The position numbers were made by a program, and so were the translations under genes. Of a stretch of 64,000 bases of DNA, positions 26,193 through 39,809 are shown piece by piece (position 1 is the first letter of the stretch; the number at the start of each line of letters is the position of its first letter). This DNA comes from Podarcis tiliguerta. Taxonomy: Eukaryota. Location: assembly GCA_965153285.1 (NCBI GenBank), contig OZ229118.1; one strand, written 5' to 3'. Below the pieces are notes generated by a model. That model had not been told where the DNA came from, made no database searches, and was given only the letters and a program-made list of their open reading frames with translations.

Positions 26193-26374
26193 CTTTTTTC
26201 ATGCAGGTGCATGCAACGCACAGTTGAGGTATGCCCATATAATGTATGTATACACTCTCCGGTCTCTGCATTCCACACTTTAAGGGTTCGGTCTGTAGAT
26301 CCACTGATGATTATATTGTCCCTCATTTGTGATGACCAAACTCCACCTGTATGTCCAACAAGTGTTCTTAGACA
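26193..26374 (-). CDS. FBXW7: FBXW7 common exon 7, 182 nt (WD40: [11 protein letters not shown]...[11 protein letters not shown])
   Basis: Acceptor TTTCAG, donor AG|GTAACT. Confidence 0.97.
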
Positions 26375-28057
26375 CTGAAAGCAAGCATTTGTCATGGTTA
26401 CCATTTAGACAAAGAGGACAGATGACAAAAGATAGATGAATTTACCCAACTCTTCATACATATTTCACACAATGATGTGCTATAATTTGTTACGAAGCTA
26501 CTACACTGGCAGGCAAGTGATTATATCATAATTCAAATGCAGCAGCATTGCATTTATAAATGGGAGGGGGGAGTGTCTCACTTTCCCCCATCCCCACACT
26601 GAAAAATCTAAGTCCTGTGTGGATTTGTAAATTTTACATGAGGCAATACCTTTCATGTCAGGATTTTAGTGAATGGAAAAAGCAGGAAAAAGCACAGTCA
26701 GTCCCCAACCCTCCTTCCCAACTTCAACTGAATTGTAAGCCACAACTTTGAAGTTGTAGAGGGATAACCATGGCAACTGTACTGAGCTTCTAAAGTCCTC
26801 TGTAGTGCAGCTCCAAGCATGGACTGTGGGGAGGGAAGATGGGCACTGCCCCTGACTTCAAGCAGAATTACAGATAAAGATCAGAGACCAGCAGCCTAAT
26901 CCTAATCCTAGATGTATTAACTTCCAGTAAGTATACCAGTAATAGGTAGCATCTGCTGTTGAAGCCTACACAGCAGCACTGTGCTTTGACTCCAATGGGA
27001 GTTTGTCCCATTAGACACTGTAGACATTAACTGGATCGTAGTGAAGGGGAAAGTGGGTTCTGGAAACCACAATTTGGTTGACTATCAAGGACAGCCATTA
27101 TTTGTGACATCTGTTGCCAGTGAATTCTACTGAATGACTTTCAAGCTTTATTTTAAGTCTAATTCAATGCCAGTGTTTAACAAAAGTCTTACATTTGTTA
27201 CTGAAGTTGCTCTATCTGCCATTTGGAATATGAGAAAACCAGCTTAGATAAAGGATTGCTAACAAATTACCATTGATAACATTGGATTCATATAAAAGAA
27301 TACAAGACAGACAGAGAAACATTTAGAAACATGATACATGTTGGTAAAATATACATCAGACACAGAAATGATAAACATATATTGATATTTACTGGAAAAC
27401 ATGTGGCAAATAATTCCATAGCAAAATTACTGTCAAAGAACTACCATTTTTTTCTAATGGTGTATGAGTTGTGACTCTGGTAGAGAACACAAAGTAACTT
27501 ATAAAAATACAAGTTTTTATGAAAAAATCAAATAACATTTTCAATAGGACAAAGTGCATTTGAAACTATCATAGTTTAAAAGGTAAATAAATGTAAGAAT
27601 ACTACAAAAATATCCTGACATATAATAATTATGAGTTGGATCCAGTAAACTGGGAGAGAATCTATGTTGCTATTCTGCAAACATGTGCAGTATAGTTCAT
27701 GCAGTGCTGAGACAGTAAATTCTGTAGCATTTCTCAACCACCCAAAAGAAACCCTCCAATCTCTTGCACTGGTGAAAGAACAGCTTTTAGTTGACCTGGC
27801 CCATATACTTTAAAGCTTTTCTTGTGCTTTTCTGATGAAGTCTGAGTAACAGAATTCAAGAATTACTAGCCAGTTTGAGTTAACACTCAGTGGCCCAGCT
27901 CAGACATTAACTGGGATCTCTAGTTTAAAACAAACCGTAATTCAGTTTCAGAATGGGAGAGGAAGTAGCATGCAGCTAATGTATGTCTGATCAGGAAAAA
28001 TTCTGTCAACATATTTAGGATGAATTTGATTAGAACACAATTAACAATTTGGCTTAC

Positions 28058-28171
28058 CTTTCCTGTAACTGCCGACCAAACCTTTAATGTATTATCATCA
28101 GAGCCACTCACTATTCGGTTGCCACAGAACTGTAGACAAGTGATCACATGATCATCATGACCTTTGAGCAC
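28058..28171 (-). CDS. FBXW7: FBXW7 common exon 6, 114 nt (WD40: VLKGHDDHVITCLQFCGNRIVSGSDDNTLKVWSAVTGK)
   Basis: Acceptor GTCAG, donor AAG|GTAAGC. Confidence 0.97.
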
Positions 28172-29227
28172 CTGACAATATAGAAGAATTTACATATACT
28201 TCACTACTACTCATGTATAGAAAATACAGGTTGGATTCTTATAATTTTTTGTTGTTACTGCTTTCTACGCATAAAGCTAGTTTACCAACAGGAACAAACT
28301 AGATTTCTCTTCTTAATGCTGCAATCTTTCTTGATAACAAACAATTTTACTTTTTTTTGTCTGTTGCAACCATGCAAATTAGCACTTACTTACTTACTTA
28401 CTTGCATGGACAAGTAGCTACCAACTCTTAACACCTTAACATCCACCTTAACATCATCTCCTACTACTGAAAAGGCCAAAAGCACAATCCCTGTAGCAAC
28501 CATTTACATATCAAAAGGCTTGCTAATATTTGATTCATAGGCTGGTGAATGATATGCTCTGGACAGTCCATATCATTTCTGGGAAGCAGTAAGGCACCAG
28601 TTGTAGTTCTTTCTTCTTCCTAGAACATGCTTGCAGCAATCTCCTGTGGTTTCCAAACAATGATAGATGCTGCATTTTTAATCTGCCTTAGTTAAATATT
28701 CTCATGGTGGTTAGAATTACTTAGTGCTTAATCTCCAAGGCATTAAAAAAAGTTTCACAAAACCATGACTAACCATAATACTATTGGATAAGTATTAATA
28801 TATAGCCCCACCTAGGTTTGTTAGCACAAACTAAATTGTAATAAGTCGTGTTAGTGCCTTGGCACTTAGTTTGATTGGAGGAAGGAGTTGAACAATATGA
28901 AAGAAGACACAAAACCTTTCATCAAATCAGGTATTACATTGTGTATGTTGGAAATCATTTCATTTTATAATGCAAATAATGAAATACGTGTCATTGTGAG
29001 GCATGGACAGGATAGTGAGAGTCTTATGTATTTGCAGGATCCCCAAGTTGGGTGCAATGTGTCACAGTGTGCAGAGTGCTGCACTTTCTATGGGGCTCCT
29101 AAAGGCTTGAGGAGACCACTGGATTATAATATAAACCTGCACACTACTCCAACACAGTGATTTCTGTGCAAGTTTCCCCTGCCTTTTAGACTATTTACTT
29201 TCCCCTTAACAACTGAGTTCATTGGGT

Positions 29228-29295
29228 TCTGCATTGCTGGAGGTTGGACTAGATGATGCTCAGAGTCCCTTCCAATTCTATAACGCTATGATTCT
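29228..29295 (+). mobile_element. CR1-type 3' tail fragment
   Basis: GGTTGGACTAGATGA...GTCCCTTCCAATTCTA...ATGATTCT. Confidence 0.7.
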
Positions 29296-29652
29296 TGGTG
29301 ACTGCATAAAATAGCAGAGATACGATTCAAATGATGGATATATCAAAGGATGGGGTCATACAGAATATGTAAGCACATGCATTCAATGAATCTGGATCAT
29401 ATAGCCACCTAATGTTCTAAGAATAGGCAACACCCCAATAAACACTCAATTTTATGTGTTAAAACACTTACGGCTATGACAAAAGATAATGGTGAAATGC
29501 AACAAATGCTAAAACTTGAAGAGATTGAAAGTTCTTTTTTAAAAGTTTTGGTGTCTTTTAAAAATGTCAAACAATTTGGCTACTATTAAATAAGAATAAG
29601 CCCCAATCCAACTTAATTCATTATATATTGTTCTTTGTTCAAAGATGGTTAC

Positions 29653-29789
29653 CTTAGGAGATTTAAGTTCTCCTCGCCGCCAGTTAGTATCAATTCTGTG
29701 CTGTCTGATGTAAGCACTTTTCCATGGACTATGAATAAAGCCTGGTTTTATTACTTTTCTCCTCTTGATATGTAATGGTTCATCAATTC
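29653..29789 (-). CDS. FBXW7: FBXW7 common exon 5, 137 nt (IDEPLHIKRRKVIKPGFIHSPWKSAYIRQHRIDTNWRRGELKSPK)
   Basis: Not in the ORF track; read manually. Acceptor ATAG, donor AAG|GTAACC. Confidence 0.97.
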
Positions 29790-29946
29790 CTATATTAAGA
29801 CCAAAAATCAGAAACAGGCAACAAATGTCAGTTTCCTTTCTCTCACACCCTTCCTTCCAAGTGAATGAAAATATTAGCAGCTTTGCTATACGCTAACATT
29901 ACTTCCCAGCTGATAACACTCTCCAAATCTGTTCTGTACTTTAATC

Positions 29947-30077
29947 CAGCCTTTCCCAGCCTGGTGCCCTCCAGATGTTTTAAGCTGTAACTCCCATCAG
30001 CCTCAGCCAGTATGGCCAATGGGCAGGGCTAACAGGATGTCCAAAATATCTGCTGGGCACCAGGTTGGCAGAAGGTG
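29947..30077. mobile_element. Palindromic hAT-type MITE, decayed
   Basis: CCTGGTGCCCTCCAGATGTTTT...AAAATATCTGCTGGGCACCAGG. Related to 36365-36500. Confidence 0.7.
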
Positions 30078-31321
30078 CTTTCACCAATATTCATTGCCCT
30101 TTTAAGTATGTATCTAAAAAGCCTATACTGGAGTATCTATCCACATATCCTCACCAATTCAATCCCATCTTCTTAAATATCAGCTGTTACATCTTAAAAC
30201 TCCATTTTATGCAAAGATTATCAATCATATATTGGTTTCATTTTCAAGTCTTCCATAGTTCTAAGATTTGTTTTCTTGAGATCAGCAGACTGTTTCTTGC
30301 TGCTTATGTCTGCTAAGCTAACCCAGATTTAGTGTAGCATCTCATACTACTTATTTAATTATTTCCTTTGGGCACCTGGATTCAGAATTTTATGCCACTG
30401 ACACTAATTTTTTTTTTAAAGTCTCTTAAGTGCTTTTAAGCACTCTTTCTGCCAAAGGTTTTGTATATCCCAGCTCAATGATTCTGTGATCTCTTTCATT
30501 CATTCATATTACAAAGATAGTCTTAGGTTCTGCGTTATCCTCTCTATCTTTACCCTCTGGTGCATCTCATTACTAGCTTGAAACTCTGGTTGCTGGAACA
30601 TGTGGATAAACATCCACCTCTTGGAGTCTGTTTGTTCTCTAGCCATTTGAGCTCACAATCCTAGCAATAAGTACCAACATCCTTTTTTTTATGTACAGAG
30701 AAAGCTGCTCCAATTTCATCCACTTGGTCAGCCTCTAACACAACAGCCAGGTTTCACATCTGGAGAGTCTTTCTTAAACTTATATTTTCTCCAGGGAAAA
30801 ACAACAACAAGCAAGAGCTTATTTTTGTAAGTTGCCTTGAAGTAGTTTCACAAAAATATATGGTAGAAAGGCAGTGAATTTAATTAACACTGGCTTTCTG
30901 ATTTGTTTAGGCACCTTTGAAAATTCTTACCTAACCAGATTGTGCAGTTGATAAGAAACCACTAAAATAACCACTTCTTGCTTTCCTTCAAGGGATTATT
31001 GGCTAAGAACACAAAAAACTAGAAGTTTTGCTTGCACTTGATAGGCTTCACCTTCTGAGTTTTTTGAACCCACTATTTCTATTGGATTTAAAACAATTCT
31101 GCTTCCTAACCTTTACAGTTAATTAATTTATGCAAAGTATAGTTAATTTAGCCTGCAACTGACACATATATGGATTTTTATTGCTGGTGAAGATACACGT
31201 ACCACATAGACCAAGCACAATGTACAAAACATGTTGAATTGTTTTTCCATAAAGGACGTTGAAAAATCTTTTAAAAAAAACAAAACTTTAATGATTGAAT
31301 TAATAGTTTAATGAACTTTAC

Positions 31322-31445
31322 CCTCCTCTCTGCACTTCTCTCTCCACAGAAGATTGTCTTCTGCCAGAATTCTCCAGTATCGACATGTCTGTGCTGCCTG
31401 CAGCAGGTCCTTGGGTTCCAGGAATGAAAGCACATACAGAGCCAA
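31322..31445 (-). CDS. FBXW7: FBXW7 common exon 4, 124 nt (F-box: LALYVLSFLEPKDLLQAAQTCRYWRILAEDNLLWREKCREE)
   Basis: Lies within ORF 31308-31601. Polypyrimidine tract plus TTTTAAG acceptor, donor G|GTAAAG. Confidence 0.97.
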
Positions 31446-33073
31446 CTTAAAAGAAGAAGAAAAGAAGAAGAAGAGATTAAACTCATTCTGGTTGTTATAC
31501 TTCAGGGAATGTACAGTATCTTCTATTTTCATATAGCCAAAGATTATCATAAGCACAGTGGATGCATTAGTAGAACAGACTGCTAAAATCAGAGAAGCCA
31601 AGACAGAAGGATGATCTATTAAGACATACTAGTGGGGTCATAAATACCACGTGAATATGGGACAGAATTGATAATTTAGTTTAACGCAATGCTTTGGAAA
31701 ATAAAGTTTTCCGAGAAAGACAAGCAAAACAGTAACTGCATAATACTTGTTTAACCTGTGTGACAAGGGTGTACCAGTATTCTCTGTAGCTGGATATATG
31801 AAGCAAGTGATCAAAGGTACATGGTCCAGTTACAGGAAAAAAGAGCAGGAAAAATTTGAAGACTTCAAGAAAATGGAAAGACTGTCCCTACTTGAGCAGT
31901 CTAACGTGAACAGAGAGATAAATGAAGTTGGCAGTGTTGGACCAGACTGAAGTCTCAATGTATTTCCCATGGATTTTAAAGTTTAAAGCAGCAGGGTGGT
32001 AGTCTGATTTGGGAAGAAGTGTTTAACTGCACATCCCCCACTGCTCCACAGTGGTGGAAAGGGGTTAAACACTTCCCCCTCTCGAATGTCTCTTGCAATC
32101 CCCTTTTGCTAAGACTTAGAAAAATGTGTGTGCTGAGGTGGAGGAAGAAATGAGAGAATCACCTTTCACTTGTTTTGCTGCCTGCTGGCCACAAGGAACA
32201 GTCAGCAGGTAGCTGCCTGAGAAACTCTGAAAATGTGGAGGTGGGGGGAAAATGTGGGAATCTCCCATTGCTGCTGCATTTGTTTTGCTGCCTGCTGGTA
32301 TATGAAGAAGGCAGCTGCTTGAGAGGGCTCTCAGCTGAATATGGGGGTGGGTGGAGGATATGGCAACCCTTTCTTGTTTTCTGCTGCATGCCCTACAGCA
32401 AGGATTGTTCTGAAGTTGTTGGGCAGAGGGGAGCCCAGGGCAGAGGCATCATAATGACAACCTTGTTCCTGGCTGACATCAAGCAGACACCTCTCTTGTA
32501 CTCTTTCTACAGTGCCTGCTTAAAGCATATTTGTTTAGGCAAGTCTATCCAGACATATAGAAGTTGAAATGTTTTAATCTTTTACTGTTTATTTTAATTC
32601 TTTTAAAATGTTTTGAATCGTTTTTAGCTGTTTTAATCGATAATTTTAATATTTCTTGTAAACTGCTTAGAATCAAATGGTATAGAAATTTTGTTAAACA
32701 AACAGCAATTAGATACATAAAATCAGTTTCAAATCCAATAATATTATATTGTTAATCTTAATTATTCTATAAACTAAAGAAATTAAGGCAGCTTGCATAC
32801 AGACAGTACAAACTGGATACATACATAAAAAGGCAAGACAGAGTGGCGATCATTACATAGAATGGCCACTTTCCCATTGTCTCTCCCCCCGCCCCAAGTC
32901 TATTAACTGGCTAGCATCCTCTTTTGCAGCATTTCTTTGGAAAAGTTCATCATGGCAACACTGTTTTCTTTTGTGTTTTGGTGGAGGCAAATATAAAAAT
33001 GAGAGTGCATTGTTTTTGAGCAGTTTTTCATACTGCAGTTTAAAAGTAACGTTTGATATCAAAGAATGGTGTA

Positions 33074-33308
33074 CAGTCAAACCTTGGTTCCTAAACAGCT
33101 CTATTTTGGAATGTTTTGGCTCCCGAATGCCAAAAACACAGAAGTGTTCTGGTTTTCAAATGTTTTTCAGAAGCCGAATGTCCAACACTGCTTCCGATTG
33201 AGCACAGGAAGCTCCTGCAGCCAAACAGAAGTAATGCCTCGGTTGTCGAACATTTCAGAAGCTGAACGGGCTTCCGGAACAGATTATGTTCGACAACTGG
33301 TTTGGCTG
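33074..33308. mobile_element. Mariner-type MITE, family B
   Basis: TA|CAGTCAAACC...GGTTTGGCTG|TA with repeated internal CCGAA motifs. Confidence 0.8.
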
Positions 33309-34834
33309 TATTTAACAGATAGCTAAAGGGATGGATAGGAGTAATAAAAAAGGTAGGAGCGTGATATAAAAACCACACAATTATTTCACAAGTCTCAATT
33401 TATGAGTGGTGTACAAGAGATTTATAATCTAACACATGTCAGAAAAAAAATGGGAAGTGGAAAGAGACACAATAAAAGGGAAAGATTAAATGATGTTTAA
33501 AGGTCTTAGGCGGGGGCAATATATAACATGGGTAGGTGGTAGTTGTTAAAAGTAGTCATACAATCCCAGCCTTTAGGATATCAGAACCATTGCAATAGCT
33601 GATACTGTTCCTCAAATGGCCTAACATTTCCCTGCAGTTTAAATCTAATGCCTTTGTGTGCCCTGAGGCTTCTTATATGCATAGTCACATGGTACATCTG
33701 CTCCTCCTGTGGTTGATAAAATCAAGGCTTCCTTTGTAAACACATGACAGCCACTCTCCCATGGAGGGATTTTAAACAGACTCTTTATCTTAGGAATAAA
33801 GGGCTTTATATACCTAAACATTTGTTTGATAACTAAAATCAACAACTGAGGAGCTAGACAATTGTGAAAGAGAGAGAAAATGTCAAAAAAGGCAAAAGAT
33901 TTATACAATCTAAAGAGAAACCCGAGTATAAAAGAAAAATGTCACGGCAAAAACAAACACAAAAACCCAACAACCACGGGGTGCAAACAGCAATTCTTCT
34001 CTAGCTAAGAAATGATAAATAATTTAAATTACTGGTTTTCTATCTTATTTCACTGCATTTTTCATGAAAGAAGTGTAACAATTCATAAAATAAATGGTAC
34101 TCCTATGTGATTATTTTTTTTGAAAGACCGCTCAAAAAACTAAGACTAGGGGGCAATCATTTCAGAAGGAGTGTAGATGGGTCAGAAATCAAGTTTTGAA
34201 ATTTTACCTGGGCCAATTACATACAGACCCAAAGATTCTCAAATTTGGGATGAGACTGAGCATACTCAGGAAGCATTCATCACCAGTCAGATGCATGGAG
34301 ATTCTAGTGTCCAAGGTCTCCTTGGCCAAAAGACAATTAAAAGCTGCCACTGTGATCTGGAGGGCTTGTAAAGGACACTTCTGAGCATACTTATGAACAC
34401 GCAAGCCTTAAGAAAGAAGTGTACGAGACCTCTGCTGCTGCCAGCTACTCATTGCCTGCTTTTCATAATAAAAAAATTGCTTAGGAAAAGAGTGTTGGCG
34501 GCTGAGTTCCCCTAGGCTTAAACTTCCAAAGCTCTCTCAGGCTGCCCTCATAAGTACACTTACTTATCCAGAAGTAGATCCCACTAAACACAGTGGCACT
34601 TATTTTGCATAAAATGCAAAGAGGAAAGTACCCTGAGCTCAGAAATGACACCTAGCTAATTACAAGGTGAGCTGGGCAGGGGGAGAGAAACAGAATATAG
34701 AACTAGCACAAAGAAACCGCAGGCAAGTCAAGATTTCTGGGTTCTTGCAATCAACGTATGTATAAGGTAAGTAGCTACAACAGAAACAGTACCCATAGAA
34801 TGAAACAATGTAAAAAACTATTATGTTTCACAAA

Positions 34835-34967
34835 CTGATAGCTCAGTTAGTTAGAGTGTGGTGCTGACAACGCCCAAGTTGCAGGTTCAATTCCCGTAAG
34901 GGACAGCTGCATATTCCTGCATTGCAGGAGGCTAGACTAGATGATCCTTCCAATTATGATTCTATGA
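34835..34967 (+). mobile_element. tRNA-Ile-derived SINE with CR1-type tail
   Basis: Head TAGCTCAGTTAGTTAGAGTGTGGTGCTGACAACGCCCAAGTTGCAGGTTCAATTCCCGTA resembles vertebrate tRNA-Ile. Tail ATTCCTGCATTGCAG...GACTAGATGA...ATGATTCTATGA. Confidence 0.75.
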
Positions 34968-36364
34968 AAACTACTGTCGTGCTTCTATGAGAATATGAGG
35001 ATTTTAAGGAAATATACAATATTACTATTACAGTTTATTACCCATTAAAATTGTTTAAAACAGTTTAAATTACAGGAATAAGGTGGGTCCTAAAATATTC
35101 ACATATACTGTATTACATTGTACTTAAAAAATGGAAACCATCAAACAAAACTGGGGTGGGGTGGGGGATTCTGCCACGAAAAGCTACGCAAAATGCAGTG
35201 GATTTAATAAGCATGAGGAGATGCCAGTCATGCCGGGAAAGAACTCTTAGTGATTCTTCTCAACTCCTTTCCAGTCATATAGCATGTGATCAGAAAGCCT
35301 GTTCCTTGTTTAAGAGTCCCTTGTGCACAGAACCACATTAGCATTTTATGTTTGGCACTTCTGCACAAACAAATGTTTCCTCAGACATCAATAGCCATGC
35401 CAAGCCACAAGCAGCACATAGCCTCTGGAGCTTTTCTTGGATTGAGAAGGACAAGCCTGTAGATTTCTTGTCTGAATAAAATGGTGTACAAAGCCATGCA
35501 GAAGAAAAACCAGTTGTATAACCCTGCGGATTATTCTCAAGTCTCCAGTCAGCTTTGTGGGGGAATCAAGAAATCAGCTGCTGCTCCCGTCGTGTATTAA
35601 GAGTGGTCCAATGGTGTAACCAACCAGGCAAATCAAACTAGCATATCCCCCTCTCTCTCACCGCCTGCCGCACATCTGGCTCTTTCGTCTCACAGGGATG
35701 GCAGCACTTCCCCAGTATCCCTAATTTTATTTATCAAGGTGGTACAGAGCAAAATCACAGATGAATCATAAAACTTTAAAATCTAAAACTTTTTAAAACA
35801 CAGAACAAATGGCCAACAATGAATTCTTAATTGTATAGTCTACCTAAACCAATGTAATGTTACCTCTTGAACTGAAAAAGATATTGCAACCTTTTCCTCT
35901 GATCAGCAACACACACCTTAAATGTGTGATATAAAACAGAAACATATCTCCCACCCCCTGGCAACCTGGTCTCTTTGCTGCAGCCATAACGATGCCATTC
36001 GAAAGGTTATTTTAGCCAAACACTCTGTTAGAGAATTTAAGGCAAATGTTTTCACTCTAATACTTTATTTAGCAAACTAGTATGAATATATTTAGGTCAC
36101 ATTACATTCATTAAAGTAACCTTCAATAATGAATAAAAACTACAGGAAAGAGAGGGTGTAACAAGCTCTCTCTACGACATCATGCCTAGCATGATAGTAG
36201 GTGGTGATATTTTTCATGTCTTTGTAGTTATCTGCCTACCTACTCTCAAAAAGGGGGGGGAAAGCATCCTTGGCAGTGGTGTTTGTAAAAAGAGAGAGAT
36301 AATTAAGAATCCAACAAACCTGTTGGACAAAAGAGCCTTTTGAGTTTTTTAGAATCATATAATT

Positions 36365-36500
36365 CAGGCACAGGCAAACTCAGCCCTCCAGATGTTTTGG
36401 GACTACAACTCCCATCATCCCTAGCTAACAGGACCAGTGGTCAGGGATGATGGGAATTGTAGTCTCAAAACATCTGGAGGGCCGAGTTTGCCTATGCCTG
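36365..36500. mobile_element. 136-bp palindromic hAT MITE nested in a minus-strand CR1-type tail (~36350-36560)
   Basis: Long near-perfect inverted arms (CAGGCACAGGCAAACTC...GAGTTTGCCTATGCCTG). 8-bp TSD ATATAATT / ATATAACT. Confidence 0.9.
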
Positions 36501-38391
36501 ATATAACTGTCAAGTACATCAAAGATCATTTAGTCCAAGCCCTTGCCAATACAGGGATTCTACTACCATAGCATCACTGATAGGTGGTTGTATCTAGTCT
36601 CTCCTTTAAAAAATGATCTATATGCCAACTGATTATGATGTCTTGGGAGGACCACTCTGTTCAAACACTGTAAAAGGTGTTTCTGTATACTCACTTTTCG
36701 CAACTAAAGCAACATTTTGCTAAAGGGACAACAATACAGCAAACTGGTTTTCTTTTTAGCCTGTCTTTATATCACGGGGCTGATTTCTACAGCATCTCAC
36801 AACAGTTTAAATTTTAAAATTTAATTAAATGTTTAAAAAATGAACAAATTTTAATGACTAAAACCGGCAATCAATTTAAAAACACAATCATTGTAGCTAC
36901 ACAAGGATATTTCTGATTGGTTGAGGCTTGAAGAAGTGGGAACAAGTAATGGCAGAAAGCCTGAGAAGTAAAATACTGCATCCTATAATGATGCCTCCTC
37001 AACAGATGGGCCATTATGTCATAGGAAGCAGGACTGAATATGCAGCAACATGATGTACAAGCAGGAGTGGCTCATTCAGTTGGTTGGGGCCACGGCAATA
37101 ACCTCTTGGTGGTGGTACTGCTGCTGCTGCTTCCTGGAAAGGGGAAGGGTGAAGTGGTGGTGATGTCAGGGCTGTGCACATGCACCAGCAGAACCAAATC
37201 TGGTTTCTGGCAATCCCAACTTCCCTTTCACAGTAAGTGATGACGCTTGCTGGGAGGCTACTGCTGCAGCTCCGACTAACCAAACAAGCCCCAAGGAAAC
37301 CATATATTTACCATACCAGGTTTGTTGCCACCATCTCTTTGAACTCCTGGTGACAAGTGGGAACCGTTTTTTTAAAGTGTCACAGCCATGTAGGCTGTAG
37401 GAAGAATAGAATCACGAATCCCAATGCTGAATTTAGTAAACCTTTGTCATTTGCAAAATACGCAGGAACCCAGGTCAGGGCTATGTTTGTTTAGAAAGTT
37501 CCAGTGAGTTAAATATGATATAGCTGATGTCTTGCTAGCGTAGGTAGGGTGCCAGGCAACCAAACAACAACAAACCTCAAAGGGTGAAGGGTTGGATTGG
37601 GCAAAACTTATTACACACATTTTTTAAAAACTATCTGCCCTGGAGTATAAATAACATACTCTTAAAAACAGTGATCATTAAGCCATGCCAAGAGATGTGG
37701 GTGTGGGGACTAAATTAGTTCTCAGTGTGATGCAGAATGCTGCTGAAATTTCCTTTTATCAACCTTGTTTTTTAATCAAGAGCAATGCAAGAACTAGCTA
37801 AAGGTTTGGCAGTAGCTTCCCAAAGCCTTGCTGATGTTCTGATGTCCTTGGAGCATTACTGGCAATCAGTAATGCGATAGCATATATGCACAGTTGACTT
37901 ATTAACTTAGCATATTTGTGTGTGAAAATCTTACAGCTATTATTATTCATGGCAACAACCTATAGATCTTTTAAGAGGTAATTTACACAATCAACTTAGG
38001 AAAAAAATAGGCACCACTGTTTGTGTCAATTATTCCTTGGATGAAAACTTAAAATTGCATTTTTTTTTTAAAAGATAGCTGTACACTTAGCCTTTCCTTT
38101 TCAATTTTACTTAGCAATTCCTGAAAAAAGCTCTGGAAAAAGCCTTCTTATATTAACTATTTTGACTACTGATTATTTCAAGGGTACATTCCTTATTGCC
38201 TGTGATGAACAGCATTATTAATGTAGAAACAAATTCAGTGTGTTCCAGTTTTAGTAGAAGAGGAATACCTTCTATAAGAAAGGATTTTAATTAAAACCAA
38301 TTTCATTTATTTTTAATCAACTGATTAAAGAAAATAAGTAACAAATTATAGACAAAATTGTTTTACAGTAAAAGTATTCGTTAAGTATAAG

Positions 38392-38493
38392 CAACTGTGG
38401 GAGGCAGTGGAGGACAGAAGTGCCTGGCGTGCTCTGGTCCATGGGGTCACGAAGAGTCGGACACGACTAAATGACTAAACAACAACAACAACA
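38392..38493 (+). mobile_element. Bov-B (RTE) LINE 3' end with (CAA)n tail
   Basis: GCCTGGCGTGCTCTGGTCCATGGGGTCACGAAGAGTCGGACACGACT then (CAA)n, the characteristic Bov-B terminus. Confidence 0.9.
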
Positions 38494-39674
38494 AGCATCC
38501 CATGTACCATAGATTACAATCACCAAGATGCTCTGGCCAGCTTACACCAAGAGAAAAGTATAATTTGAAAACACCAATCCAATGTAATAATATAGTAGTA
38601 CAGCTAGAGCTAAAAGTGAAGAAAAACTACTAGAAACACTAATTCCAGCCATTCCATTAACTACAATTAGTGTTTGCTATTGCACCTTTTGTAGTTGCTA
38701 AAAGAAGAACCCAGAGAAAGGAGTATCACTAAACCATCATTAGGTTGTGTGTTCTCAATGAAGAGCACTTGAGTTAAGAACTTGCTTCCAATTGACTTAA
38801 TCCTATTTGTTGACCTGGGTTGTGAGTTGCAAAAGCGTTCACCTGGTCTTTTTGTTGTTTGTTTTGACTGATGATGAGAATAAGGAAGTGTAAATATTTT
38901 ATTTTTAGTCCCAGGCCAACTTACAATAATATTATTTTGGGGCGGTCTCATAATATGGAAGATGTTTTCCAAGCATGGGAGTCGCCTATTAACACAACAG
39001 TGTTCTTATACTTCGTACTGTAAACTAGCCCTTGTCATCAAAATGCCAGATAGAGGATGGGAAGGGAGTGTTGATAGCTACCTTCCAGTATCCATCTTCA
39101 GACATGACTGAATGCACTCGTTACCAACTACAGCTATATTTATAATGCTGCTCACGCTTCTCACAAATTATCAAATTAACCTCAATGGGACCTAGATACA
39201 AATGAATTCTGGACTACATACATACTTATCCTATAAAACTGAATATAACTTGATTGAAGAAGTTATATGGGTGTTTATTCCCTTCATAAAATGTAGTAGA
39301 GATAAAATGAAAAGCTAAATACCTATTACGTTTTTTAAAAACGTTAAGAGTGAAATTGTCAATGGATAATAAATCAGCTCTTGAAAGCTCTGGAAAAAAA
39401 CCCCTTACATATAAGAAACAACTGTCACAAACAGCAGGGGACATATCCTAGTCACTGAAACAAAGTCACTGGTCTCACAAGCATACATTAATCTGAAAAT
39501 TACATTATTAAGTCATGGCAGTTTATCAACTTGCAGTCCTCTTCAACGCCAATTAACAGTGTTACACTGACAACAATGAATACTATAATTAGCAAGGAAA
39601 TGCTTAAAGGTGGCAGATGATGCATTACATAGGCAAACAGTACCAGGAGCCCAGTATTAAGTGATAATCCTCAC

Positions 39675-39809
39675 CTCTTTGGGGAGCAAGGAAATGAAGT
39701 CTCGTTGAAATTGGGGCTCAATCACTTGCATCATATGCTTCACTTGTGTTGGTTCACAACTATCAATCAATTCATCTAAGGCAAGTAATTTCTCTGGTCC
39801 ACTCCAGCT
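39675..39809 (-). CDS. FBXW7: FBXW7 common exon 3, 135 nt (SWSGPEKLLALDELIDSCEPTQVKHMMQVIEPQFQRDFISLLPKE; dimerisation domain and F-box start)
   Basis: Not in the ORF track; read manually. Acceptor CACAG, donor GAG|GTGAGG. Confidence 0.97.

Noticed and set aside
31446-31601. In-frame upstream extension of the F-box exon in the ORF track
   Set aside because: It runs through the polypyrimidine tract (FFFFSSSF) and begins at a non-ATG codon; it is intron sequence.
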